Source: Spirochaetales bacterium (GTDB lineage Bacteria > Spirochaetota > Spirochaetia > DSM-27196 > SKKC01). From it: DNA of 31,091 nt. The notes under the pieces were generated by a model. That model made no database searches, was not told the DNA's origin, and saw nothing but the letters and a program-made list of their open reading frames with translations. Position numbers and translations under genes: made by a program. The stretch covers positions 1-31,091 of the forward strand of contig SKKC01000391.1 of assembly GCA_007121695.1 (NCBI GenBank). The letters run 5' to 3'. Below are positions 24,132 through 31,091 of this stretch, piece by piece (the stretch's first letter is position 1; each line of letters begins with the position of its first letter).

Positions 24132-24824
24132 TTAGAACAGTTCGTATTGTCTGATCTCGCGGATTTGCACTGTCACCCGAACCGTCGCGGTGTATTGCTC
24201 ACGCCGGATCGCCAGCACCGGAGGTTGCGAGAGAAGGACGTCGGCCACGATTTCGGCTGGACGATTCGGAGTTTCACGACGGGCCTGCACCAGAACGGCC
24301 CGGACAATCGCGTCCCGTATCGCGTCCTGCATGCCTTCGGGACCCGAGAAATAGTGCGCGCGTCCTGTCGCCGACGATCGAGCGACACTCGACACCAGGA
24401 ACTGCTCCCGCGATACTCGCTGTTCGTTATCCGGCGTGAAAAGGAAGACTCCATACACCCGCCCCTCCGACTCACGGACCTCACGTGTACGCAGTCCGGG
24501 GTGACCGGCCGCAATGACCGATCGCAACTCGACCTCGGATCGTTCGACAACCCCCCGAGCCGGTTCGGCAGGAACGACTCGCACGCTGACGCCGTAGGTC
24601 ATGGCGCTGAAGACAAACCTGGCGGTGTCGAGAAGCCTCAGGACCCCACCCTCGGCGCTCCACGGCTCGCGTTCCCGTTCCGACAGAAATGGTTCGAGCT
24701 CCGCCCACAGTTCGGCCTGAAGGAGCATGTCCGTCGCACCGATCTGTGGCGCATGCGAGAATAAAAGGAGACACACAGTCACGAGTACGGATAGCCGGTA
24801 CTTCACATGTACAGATATCGGCAC
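24132..24824 (-). CDS. Hypothetical exported protein
   Basis: 230-aa ORF filling the gap between rhomboid and SDR; N-terminal KYR plus hydrophobic stretch suggests a signal peptide; no motif recognised. Confidence 0.65.
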   Translation of the reverse strand: MPISVHVKYRLSVLVTVCLLLFSHAPQIGATDMLLQAELWAELEPFLSEREREPWSAEGGVLRLLDTARFVFSAMTYGVSVRVVPAEPARGVVERSEVELRSVIAAGHPGLRTREVRESEGRVYGVFLFTPDNEQRVSREQFLVSSVARSSATGRAHYFSGPEGMQDAIRDAIVRAVLVQARRETPNRPAEIVADVLLSQPPVLAIRREQYTATVRVTVQIREIRQYELF

Positions 24825-24844
24825 CGATCGTGGTCTTCCGCAGC

Positions 24845-24869
24845 CGGCTGACAGGATTCGCTGTCGCCG
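24845..24869. terminator. Hairpin immediately after the rhomboid stop
   Basis: CGGC-T-GACAG-GATTCG-CTGTC-GCCG; no U-tract on the minus strand. Confidence 0.3.
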
Positions 24870-25514
24870 TTAATCCCGGCCGAAGAACACCCGAAGCGAG
24901 TTCACGTTCAGTCGCAGCAACAGATACAGGAAGGCCGCGACAAAACCGGCGAGGTGCGTCAAATGGGCCACGCCGCTCCCCGGGCTCGTAATGCCGCGGA
25001 ACAGCTCAAGCGCCGTAAAACCGAGGACAAGCACCGGCGCCTTCATGGGAATAATCGCGAACAGAAAGATGATGGAATCCGGAAAAAATGTCGCGTAGGC
25101 GAGAAGCGTTGCAAACACGGCACCGGATGCGCCGAGAAGCTGTATCTGCACCAGACCGGTAGCCCAGTAAATACCCAGTGACAGGAGCCCGGCGAGCAGG
25201 CCGGAAAAGAGGTAAAACACGAGAAACTCGGTGGAACCTATCCTGCGTTCGACCTGGGACCCGAAAATGAACAGTCCGAACATATTAAAGAGGATATGCC
25301 CCCACCCGAACGGAGAATGCACGAACATGTAGGTGAAGGGCTGCCAGACCATGCGACCGTATATGGTTTCGAGGGGGTTCATTGCGAGGACATAAAGAAA
25401 ATCCGGCACGAAATTGGTAACTGCGTACACGAGCACATTCGCTCCGACAAGCCACAGCACGGCATTGTACTGTCGATAGGCAAAGGGCCGACGCAGCACG
25501 GCGTTGTTGTTCAT
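24870..25514 (-). CDS. Rhomboid family intramembrane serine protease
   Basis: WQPFTYMFVH..HILFNM..L.IFG..VERRIG, GASGAVF (catalytic Ser), AHLTHLAG (catalytic His). Start set at ATG 25514. Confidence 0.95.
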   Translation of the reverse strand: MNNNAVLRRPFAYRQYNAVLWLVGANVLVYAVTNFVPDFLYVLAMNPLETIYGRMVWQPFTYMFVHSPFGWGHILFNMFGLFIFGSQVERRIGSTEFLVFYLFSGLLAGLLSLGIYWATGLVQIQLLGASGAVFATLLAYATFFPDSIIFLFAIIPMKAPVLVLGFTALELFRGITSPGSGVAHLTHLAGFVAAFLYLLLRLNVNSLRVFFGRD

Positions 25515-25521
25515 GCACAGT

Positions 25522-25551
25522 AATGTACGCGAAGCCGGAGGGCTGCGGCAA
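25522..25551 (-). promoter_or_regulatory. Promoter giving a leaderless rhomboid transcript
   Basis: Minus strand TTGCCG-N18-TACATT followed by 7 nt and ATG; no SD. Confidence 0.55.
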
Positions 25552-25598
25552 CACTGGCGTGTAGGCGATTGCTGTCTGTCGGCAGTACGTTGAGGAAT

Positions 25599-26966
25599 AT
25601 GAGACGTTTTCTGTTCCCGACTGCCGTACTGACTCTGGTACTGATCGTGTCCTGCGCAAGCCCGGACAGGTTCGGGCCATTTCCTCCGGACCACACCCCT
25701 GAACCCCTCGGGGACGTCCTCTTCATTGGCGACGACGGCAATGTATACACGGTCGATCCCGAAAGCCGGGAAACCACCGCGCTGACCGATCTGAGCGTAC
25801 GCTACGGCGGCACGCCGCACAGCTACGATCAACCGCACTGGTCACCAGACGGTATGAAGATCAGCTACGTTGCCATGCATCGCTCTGAGCGCAGCGGACG
25901 ATCGTATTATCTCTACGTTCACGATCTGGCCAGCGGCGCTGTTCGAACGCACGAGGTTACTGCGGCCCAGCCGCCCGCGTATACGCAGTGGGCACCAGAC
26001 AGCCGCAGGCTCTCGTTTCTGGTGCAAAGCGAAGAGACCGGGCTGCTGGAAATTGTTGTCTGGGATACAGAAACCGATCACACAGTGCGGGTACTGAATA
26101 ATCGGCCATTGTTCTGGGACTGGAGCCCGTCGGGTGACTTTCTTGTCGCACACGGTGGCACATCGTCGCTCCGCGGCGGCAGTGGTACGGTCTCCATCGT
26201 ACGATTTGATACCGCAGCGGAGCCGACGGTGAACGAGCTCGACGTACAGGCGGGGTATTTTCAGGTGCCTGCCATTGCTCCTTCGAGTGATGCGTTCGCG
26301 ATGGGAGTTTTTTCACAGGAGACAGGGACGTCACTGGCTGTCCGGAGTATCGAAACCGGAGAAACCGTCATTCGAGGCCCGCTGTTCAGCGCGGGAGCTT
26401 TCGGGTGGTCACCAGATGGGGAGTGGATCGCATACATAACAGGGCTGCGACGACCCACCGGCGAAATCACGGGAAATCTCCGGATCGCACAGCGAGAGAG
26501 TGACGTCCGCCTTGTTTCTGACCGCAGCAGGTCACTGCCCGTGCAGGAGGACTCCAGGGCACCATCGCTCGGTGGTGTAAACGCGTTCTACTGGAGTCCG
26601 GACGGCGCCCATCTGGCGTTTTACCGGACCGATCGCCAGCAGAACGATGCCGGGCAGCTGGTACTCGAAGTTCGCCTCGGGTTCATTGAGACCGCTACCG
26701 GGCGCGCGTTCGAGCTTCCCCCGGAAAGACCGACGACGAGCCTGTCGAGTGTCATCATCCCATACTTTGACCAGTACGCTCGCTCGGGCAGCATGTTCAC
26801 CACCGACGGCAGCGGGTTTCTCATGAACGTGCAGACGCCGGATAATCGGCCGGGGATCTACCTCGTGGACGTGGCATCGCGTACGGCAGAACTCATTGCG
26901 TACGGCCACATGCCCGTATTTCGACCGACTGGTTCCGGGGAGCAATTGTCGAGCGAAAGCCTTTGA
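25599..26966 (+). CDS. TolB-like (PD40/WD40) beta-propeller lipoprotein
   Basis: MRRF-hydrophobic-IVSC lipobox; repeated PHWSPDG, QWAPDS, WDWSPSG, FGWSPDG, FYWSPDG blades. Confidence 0.8.
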   Translation: MRRFLFPTAVLTLVLIVSCASPDRFGPFPPDHTPEPLGDVLFIGDDGNVYTVDPESRETTALTDLSVRYGGTPHSYDQPHWSPDGMKISYVAMHRSERSGRSYYLYVHDLASGAVRTHEVTAAQPPAYTQWAPDSRRLSFLVQSEETGLLEIVVWDTETDHTVRVLNNRPLFWDWSPSGDFLVAHGGTSSLRGGSGTVSIVRFDTAAEPTVNELDVQAGYFQVPAIAPSSDAFAMGVFSQETGTSLAVRSIETGETVIRGPLFSAGAFGWSPDGEWIAYITGLRRPTGEITGNLRIAQRESDVRLVSDRSRSLPVQEDSRAPSLGGVNAFYWSPDGAHLAFYRTDRQQNDAGQLVLEVRLGFIETATGRAFELPPERPTTSLSSVIIPYFDQYARSGSMFTTDGSGFLMNVQTPDNRPGIYLVDVASRTAELIAYGHMPVFRPTGSGEQLSSESL

Positions 26967-28174
26967 CAGTACACTCGGCAACTGTGAACACACTACAGGA
27001 AAACTACTACTTCCCTCTCGACCGTTATATCTCGCAGGAGCGGATGGACCGCCTGCGGGACTTTACCCGAGGTAAGGAAACGCCTCTTCTGGTCGTCGAC
27101 CTGGATCTTGTCCGGGAGCGCTACGAGTTGTTTCAGAAGACCATGCCCTTCGCAAAGGTCTACTACGCGGTAAAGGCAAACCCCATGGACGAGGTTATTG
27201 AACTGCTTCGCGATCTGGGCAGCAGTTTCGATGTCGCAACCAGATACGAACTGGACCAGCTGCTTCGTCTGGGGGTCGATCCGGCGCGCATGAGTTACGG
27301 AAATACGATCAAAAAACGCGCTGACATCCAGTACTTTTACGAGAACGGTGTCCGCCTGTTCTGCAGTGACAGTTTTGAGGACACGCAGAACATTGCGCAA
27401 AACGCGCCTGGGTCAAAGGTGTTTTTCCGACTCATTACCGAAGGCACCGGAAGCGACTGGCCGCTGTCGCGGAAGTTCGGTGCGCATTCCGACGTTCTGT
27501 ACAATCTCGCGCTTCGGGCACGGGATCTCGGTCTGATTCCGTGGGGCTTGAGCTTTCACGTCGGGAGCCAGCAGCGGGACATTGGCCAGTACGACGACGG
27601 TATCTCCCGGGCGAAATATCTCTTTACCTGTCTTCAGGACGAAGGCATAGAGCTGCAAATGATCAACATCGGCGGCGGGTTCCCTGCGAACTACGTTGAC
27701 CCGACCCTGCCCATGGAGACCTACGCGAGCGAGATCAAGCGTTTTCTGCACGAAGACTTTGGCGACGAACTTCCCGAGGTACTTATTGAACCTGGACGTG
27801 GCATGACTGCCGACGCCGGAGTCATTGTCTCGGAGATCGTGCTGGTGGCCAAAAAGGCGAAGAACGGGCTGTATCGATGGGTGTTCCTCGACGTCGGCAT
27901 GTTCGGCGGGCTTATCGAGACCTTTAACGAAGCGATCCGCTATCCCATCTACTTCGACAAATCAGGAAAATCGGAAGAGATTATTCTCGCAGGCCCGACC
28001 TGTGACAGCATGGATATCATGTATCAGAACTTCCGGTACCGCATGCCGCACAGCTGCGGCATCGGCGACCGGGCCTACATCCTTTCCACAGGCGCATATA
28101 CGCAGAGCTACAGCTCGGTGAACTTCAACGGCTTTCCACCGCTGCAGGCATGCGTCCTTCCCGCGTCGCAATGA
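26963..28174 (+). CDS. Fold-type III PLP-dependent ornithine (lysine/ornithine) decarboxylase
   Basis: YYAVKANP (PLP lysine), FDVAT..E, PLSRKFG, SFHVGSQ, IGGGFP, IEPGR, AGPTCDSMD, TGAYT.SYSSVNFNGF. Confidence 0.92.
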   Translation: MTVHSATVNTLQENYYFPLDRYISQERMDRLRDFTRGKETPLLVVDLDLVRERYELFQKTMPFAKVYYAVKANPMDEVIELLRDLGSSFDVATRYELDQLLRLGVDPARMSYGNTIKKRADIQYFYENGVRLFCSDSFEDTQNIAQNAPGSKVFFRLITEGTGSDWPLSRKFGAHSDVLYNLALRARDLGLIPWGLSFHVGSQQRDIGQYDDGISRAKYLFTCLQDEGIELQMINIGGGFPANYVDPTLPMETYASEIKRFLHEDFGDELPEVLIEPGRGMTADAGVIVSEIVLVAKKAKNGLYRWVFLDVGMFGGLIETFNEAIRYPIYFDKSGKSEEIILAGPTCDSMDIMYQNFRYRMPHSCGIGDRAYILSTGAYTQSYSSVNFNGFPPLQACVLPASQ

Positions 28175-28764
28175 AACGTAAACCCGACCACTACACCGAA
28201 CGGGCACGGAAAGAAGGCTTCCCGGCCCGCAGTGTCTACAAGTTCGACGAGTTACAGCATCGCTTCCGGCTGGTGAACCGGGGCGATACCGTACTCGATA
28301 TCGGTGCATCGCCGGGCAGCTGGACGCTTCGGCTGCTTGAGCTTGTCGGGAAAGAAGGAACCGTGGTCGCGCTCGATCGCAAGGAGCTTCCTGAGCTGAC
28401 CCGCGCAGGAAACACGGCTGTGTGCATGCAGGCAGACATAACCGAGCCGGCCGAATACGGCGATCTCGAGCGCTACGCGCCGTTTGACGCGATTGTCAGC
28501 GACGCAGCCCCGAATACGAGCGGGCACCGCACGCTCGACACAGCAAGATCCGCAGTCATTGTCGAGTCGTCACTTGAACTTACCGGGCAGCTGTTAAAGC
28601 CGGGAGGCAATGCCGCGTTCAAGCTCTTCCAGGGAGGGGACGAACAGGCCATTCTGGCTACCGCACGCGACATGTTCGAGAAAGCCCGAATCGTGAAGCC
28701 AAAGGCCTGCCGCGACGAGAGCTTTGAAGTGTTTCTTGTCTGCACCGGACGAACGGCCACGTGA
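28171..28764 (+). CDS. rlmE: 23S rRNA (uridine 2552-2'-O)-methyltransferase
   Basis: DHYTERARKEGFPARSVYKFDE, VLDIGASPGSW, IVSDAAPNTSG, KLFQG, KPKACRDESFEVFLV. ATG overlaps the decarboxylase stop (ATGA). Confidence 0.95.
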   Translation: MKRKPDHYTERARKEGFPARSVYKFDELQHRFRLVNRGDTVLDIGASPGSWTLRLLELVGKEGTVVALDRKELPELTRAGNTAVCMQADITEPAEYGDLERYAPFDAIVSDAAPNTSGHRTLDTARSAVIVESSLELTGQLLKPGGNAAFKLFQGGDEQAILATARDMFEKARIVKPKACRDESFEVFLVCTGRTAT

Positions 28765-28783
28765 GAGCGGGATCTCGCGTGGC

Positions 28784-29797
28784 TCAGCTCTGCCGGTGTT
28801 CGAGATGCAGGAATATGTTTTCCAGCGCGTCGGCTGGCATGCCGTCCGGAAGGAGATTGAGTTCGGCGCGTGCGCGCTGCAGATAGCGTGCGGCTTCGCG
28901 GGATGCTTCCTCGACACCGCCCCGCCCGACAACGTCGCTCAGTACGGTCTGCACAATCTGACGCTTCGCCCGGGCGGGCGCCGCGGTAACCGATCGATGC
29001 CATGAAGCAAGCTCGTTCGGTCCTGATGCCGCGATAATGAGGGGAAGGGTCAGTGTTCCGGCGAGAAGATCGGCTCCGACGGGTTTTCCGGTTATCTTCG
29101 GATCTCCGGAAATATCCAGAACGTCGTCCTGTATCTGAAATGCCGTACCAAGACAGTAGGCTATCCGACGCAACCGTTGCAGCAGCTGCCCTGTCGCGCC
29201 GTGTTCGCTCGCTCCGAGGGTCAGGGACAGAATAAACATGGCCGTGGTCTTCCCGAAGATGCGCCGCATATACTCCCGCCGCGTAAGCGCCGGGGCTTCC
29301 GCGTTTCTGAGTTCCGACTCGCACATGCGCGAAACACCTCGCGCGAGTACCCGTGCCTGATCCGGAGACGCGTGATCCGCGAAGAGCTCAAAGGTAAGGC
29401 TGAACAGAAAGTCCCCCATGAGCACTGCGTCGTGAGCGCCGTATTGTCGGTGCAGCGCCATGCGACCTCGCCTGTGAGACGCCTGATCGAGAATGTCGTC
29501 GTGTATGAGCGTTGCCGCATGCAGAAGTTCGACACCTGCCGCGAGGCGGATCGCACTCTGCGGTGCTGATACCCCTGCCTCGTGTTCACCTCGCTCGGCT
29601 GCCGCCAGCCGCGCCCCGATGAGTACAAGGGCCGGTCGCAGGCGCTTACCACCGCTACGAACGAAGTCTGCCAGACCTTCGCGAATGCGAAGAGCCTGGC
29701 GATCAAGATTGCGCCTGATTTCGGCGTCTGTCAGATCAAGGTCGTGCAGCAGGTCGGGGAACTGCCCCCAGAACATTCCGGGGGCGGGTTTTCCCAT
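28784..29797 (-). CDS. Long-chain polyprenyl diphosphate synthase (HepT/IspB-like)
   Basis: GGKRLRP, ELLHAATLIHDDILD (first DDxxD), RRGR, KTTAMF, AFQIQDDVLD (second DDxxD), TGKPVGADL..G..TLP. Start placed at ATG 29797, just after the upstream stop. Confidence 0.92.
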   Translation of the reverse strand: MGKPAPGMFWGQFPDLLHDLDLTDAEIRRNLDRQALRIREGLADFVRSGGKRLRPALVLIGARLAAAERGEHEAGVSAPQSAIRLAAGVELLHAATLIHDDILDQASHRRGRMALHRQYGAHDAVLMGDFLFSLTFELFADHASPDQARVLARGVSRMCESELRNAEAPALTRREYMRRIFGKTTAMFILSLTLGASEHGATGQLLQRLRRIAYCLGTAFQIQDDVLDISGDPKITGKPVGADLLAGTLTLPLIIAASGPNELASWHRSVTAAPARAKRQIVQTVLSDVVGRGGVEEASREAARYLQRARAELNLLPDGMPADALENIFLHLEHRQS

Positions 29798-29814
29798 GTC
29801 GGTTTTCGATACGG

Positions 29815-31091
29815 TTACGGGCGTGGTTCGCCGGTGTACAGATACGTACGCTTGGCTATCCATGTGCTGTTCCACCAGTTTTTCAACCACCTCATGACGT
29901 AATGATCAAGACCAAGACCACGTCCGGCACCACCAAGAAGTACGAAGGATGCCGTCATGTACCAGTACAGTTCAACGTTCCCCCATCCGGATACAATGAA
30001 GAATCCACACATTCCTATTGATGCTGCGGCCGAAAGGAAGGTAAACAGTCCGACGATCAGACATACTCCGATTACGACCTGCGCAATTACGGCTCCCGCC
30101 TGGGCTCCGTACGCGACTATGGGGTGTATGCTGAGGAAGGTCTCTGCAAACCACTCGTAGATCCCTATCGGCTCACTCAGAATCGATGTCTGCCATACTC
30201 CGGTGCGCCCCATACCACCAGGCGTTGCACTCGTTGCGGCACTGATTTCGTCGGTAAGGCCTGGAAGAAATATGTTGTTCGGCGACGGCCTGAGAATACC
30301 GTCGGGTCCGGGGTTAAGCCACCCGGTAGAGACCTTGTACAGCCCTTCTGTCAACCACTTGATTCCAAGGAATACACGAACGGGCAGAGCCCAGTAGACC
30401 GGAATCTTGTACGAAAAGTGCTCGCGGGTGATCGTTCGGCCATTCTTGACGTCCAGGAACTGGCCCCGAATATACTCCCACACCGCGTTTACTCCGGCAA
30501 CGCCGAACAGGTAGTGCAGGTTAATGAGGTGCTTCACGCCCAGTGCCAGGAAGCCACTCATACTCATGCCACCGACGTGCGCCACACCGACCTTGCTTCC
30601 AAGAGACACCATGTGACCATGGTAGTTGCTCTTGAAGGGCTTCATGGGCTTTCGCTCCATGTCGGCAATAATGTTGTGCGACGCGGTATGCGCGGTCTGC
30701 AGGGCCGTTTCAACGATCTGCGGCAGCACCGTGTCGTTCTCGACAAACCAGATCATGTCTCCGACCATGAAGACATTCTCGTAGTCCACGCTCTGCATGA
30801 ACTCGTTGACCTTGATGCGTCCACGCTGGCCTGCAATACACATATCGTCGTCGTCGAAATGACACCCCGCCATGCCGTGGATGCCTTCGGGGGACGCCTG
30901 CACTGCACCAGCACTCGGCGATACCGAACCCTTGGTCAGCTCGATTTTCGACGTGAACTCGGAACCGTGTACGCCGGCTGTCCAGATAAAGGTCTCTGTC
31001 CTGATAGGGTCCTGGCCTTCCAGCTCTACGACACCAGGCTTTGCACCGGTAATCTTCGTGCTCAGCATGAAGTCACATCCGTTCTTCTCGA
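29815..31091 (-). CDS. Type II NADH dehydrogenase family flavoprotein fused to a C-terminal DoxX-like membrane domain; 5' end beyond the window
   Basis: The frame is open to the window edge (EKNGCDFMLSTKIT...); FIWTAGV, GRIKVNEFM, VFMVGD, PQIVETALQTA, YHGHMVSLG, KHLINLHYLF; then RVFLGIKWLTEGLYK...GRGLGLDHYVMRWL (DoxX-type). Confidence 0.88.
   Translation of the reverse strand, partial: EKNGCDFMLSTKITGAKPGVVELEGQDPIRTETFIWTAGVHGSEFTSKIELTKGSVSPSAGAVQASPEGIHGMAGCHFDDDDMCIAGQRGRIKVNEFMQSVDYENVFMVGDMIWFVENDTVLPQIVETALQTAHTASHNIIADMERKPMKPFKSNYHGHMVSLGSKVGVAHVGGMSMSGFLALGVKHLINLHYLFGVAGVNAVWEYIRGQFLDVKNGRTITREHFSYKIPVYWALPVRVFLGIKWLTEGLYKVSTGWLNPGPDGILRPSPNNIFLPGLTDEISAATSATPGGMGRTGVWQTSILSEPIGIYEWFAETFLSIHPIVAYGAQAGAVIAQVVIGVCLIVGLFTFLSAAASIGMCGFFIVSGWGNVELYWYMTASFVLLGGAGRGLGLDHYVMRWLKNWWNSTWIAKRTYLYTGEPRP

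Noticed and set aside
28784-29797. Prenyl synthase as CrtE (GGPP synthase) serving the crt gene
   Set aside because: It has small residues (A,T) before an uninterrupted DDxxD, like long-chain IspB/HepT enzymes; it is 7 kb from the desaturase and linked to the Ndh2-DoxX gene instead.
1-31091. tRNA/rRNA genes, CRISPR arrays, IS elements, prophage or defence genes
   Set aside because: None recognised; intergenic gaps are all under about 160 bp and every long region is explained by a housekeeping or metabolic CDS.

Overview
A GC-rich bacterial chromosomal window, densely packed with housekeeping and metabolic genes. It is probably from a free-living spirochaete, but that is inferred from gene content and protein style only. 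No tRNA, rRNA, CRISPR array, integrase or transposase was seen. From left to right: a partial ABC exporter, MgtC, a BCCT transporter, a tandem USP, a MATE pump, a gatC-gatA-gatB-aspS (non-discriminating) operon, a GH63-like protein, an SdhB-like Fe-S protein with a short GlpA-like flavoprotein, NudC, a GAF/HD-GYP protein, pntAA/AB/B, a CrtI/CrtD-family desaturase, a NagZ lipoprotein, an SDR, a hypothetical protein, a rhomboid protease, a TolB-like lipoprotein, an ornithine decarboxylase, RlmE, a long-chain polyprenyl synthase and a partial Ndh2-DoxX fusion. The standout is GatB, which carries an in-frame ~320-aa C-terminal L-asparaginase/GatD-like domain. That domain keeps HGTDT but appears to have lost the first catalytic Thr and the catalytic Lys, and it sits in an operon with intact GatA and an archaeal-type ND-AspRS. 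Other leads are a Listeria-type Ndh2-DoxX plus prenyl synthase pair (possible edge of a flavin-based extracellular electron transfer locus), a non-canonical GlpA(short)-SdhB two-gene module, a GH63-like protein lacking the general-acid Asp, and a recurring leaderless or near-leaderless promoter architecture.
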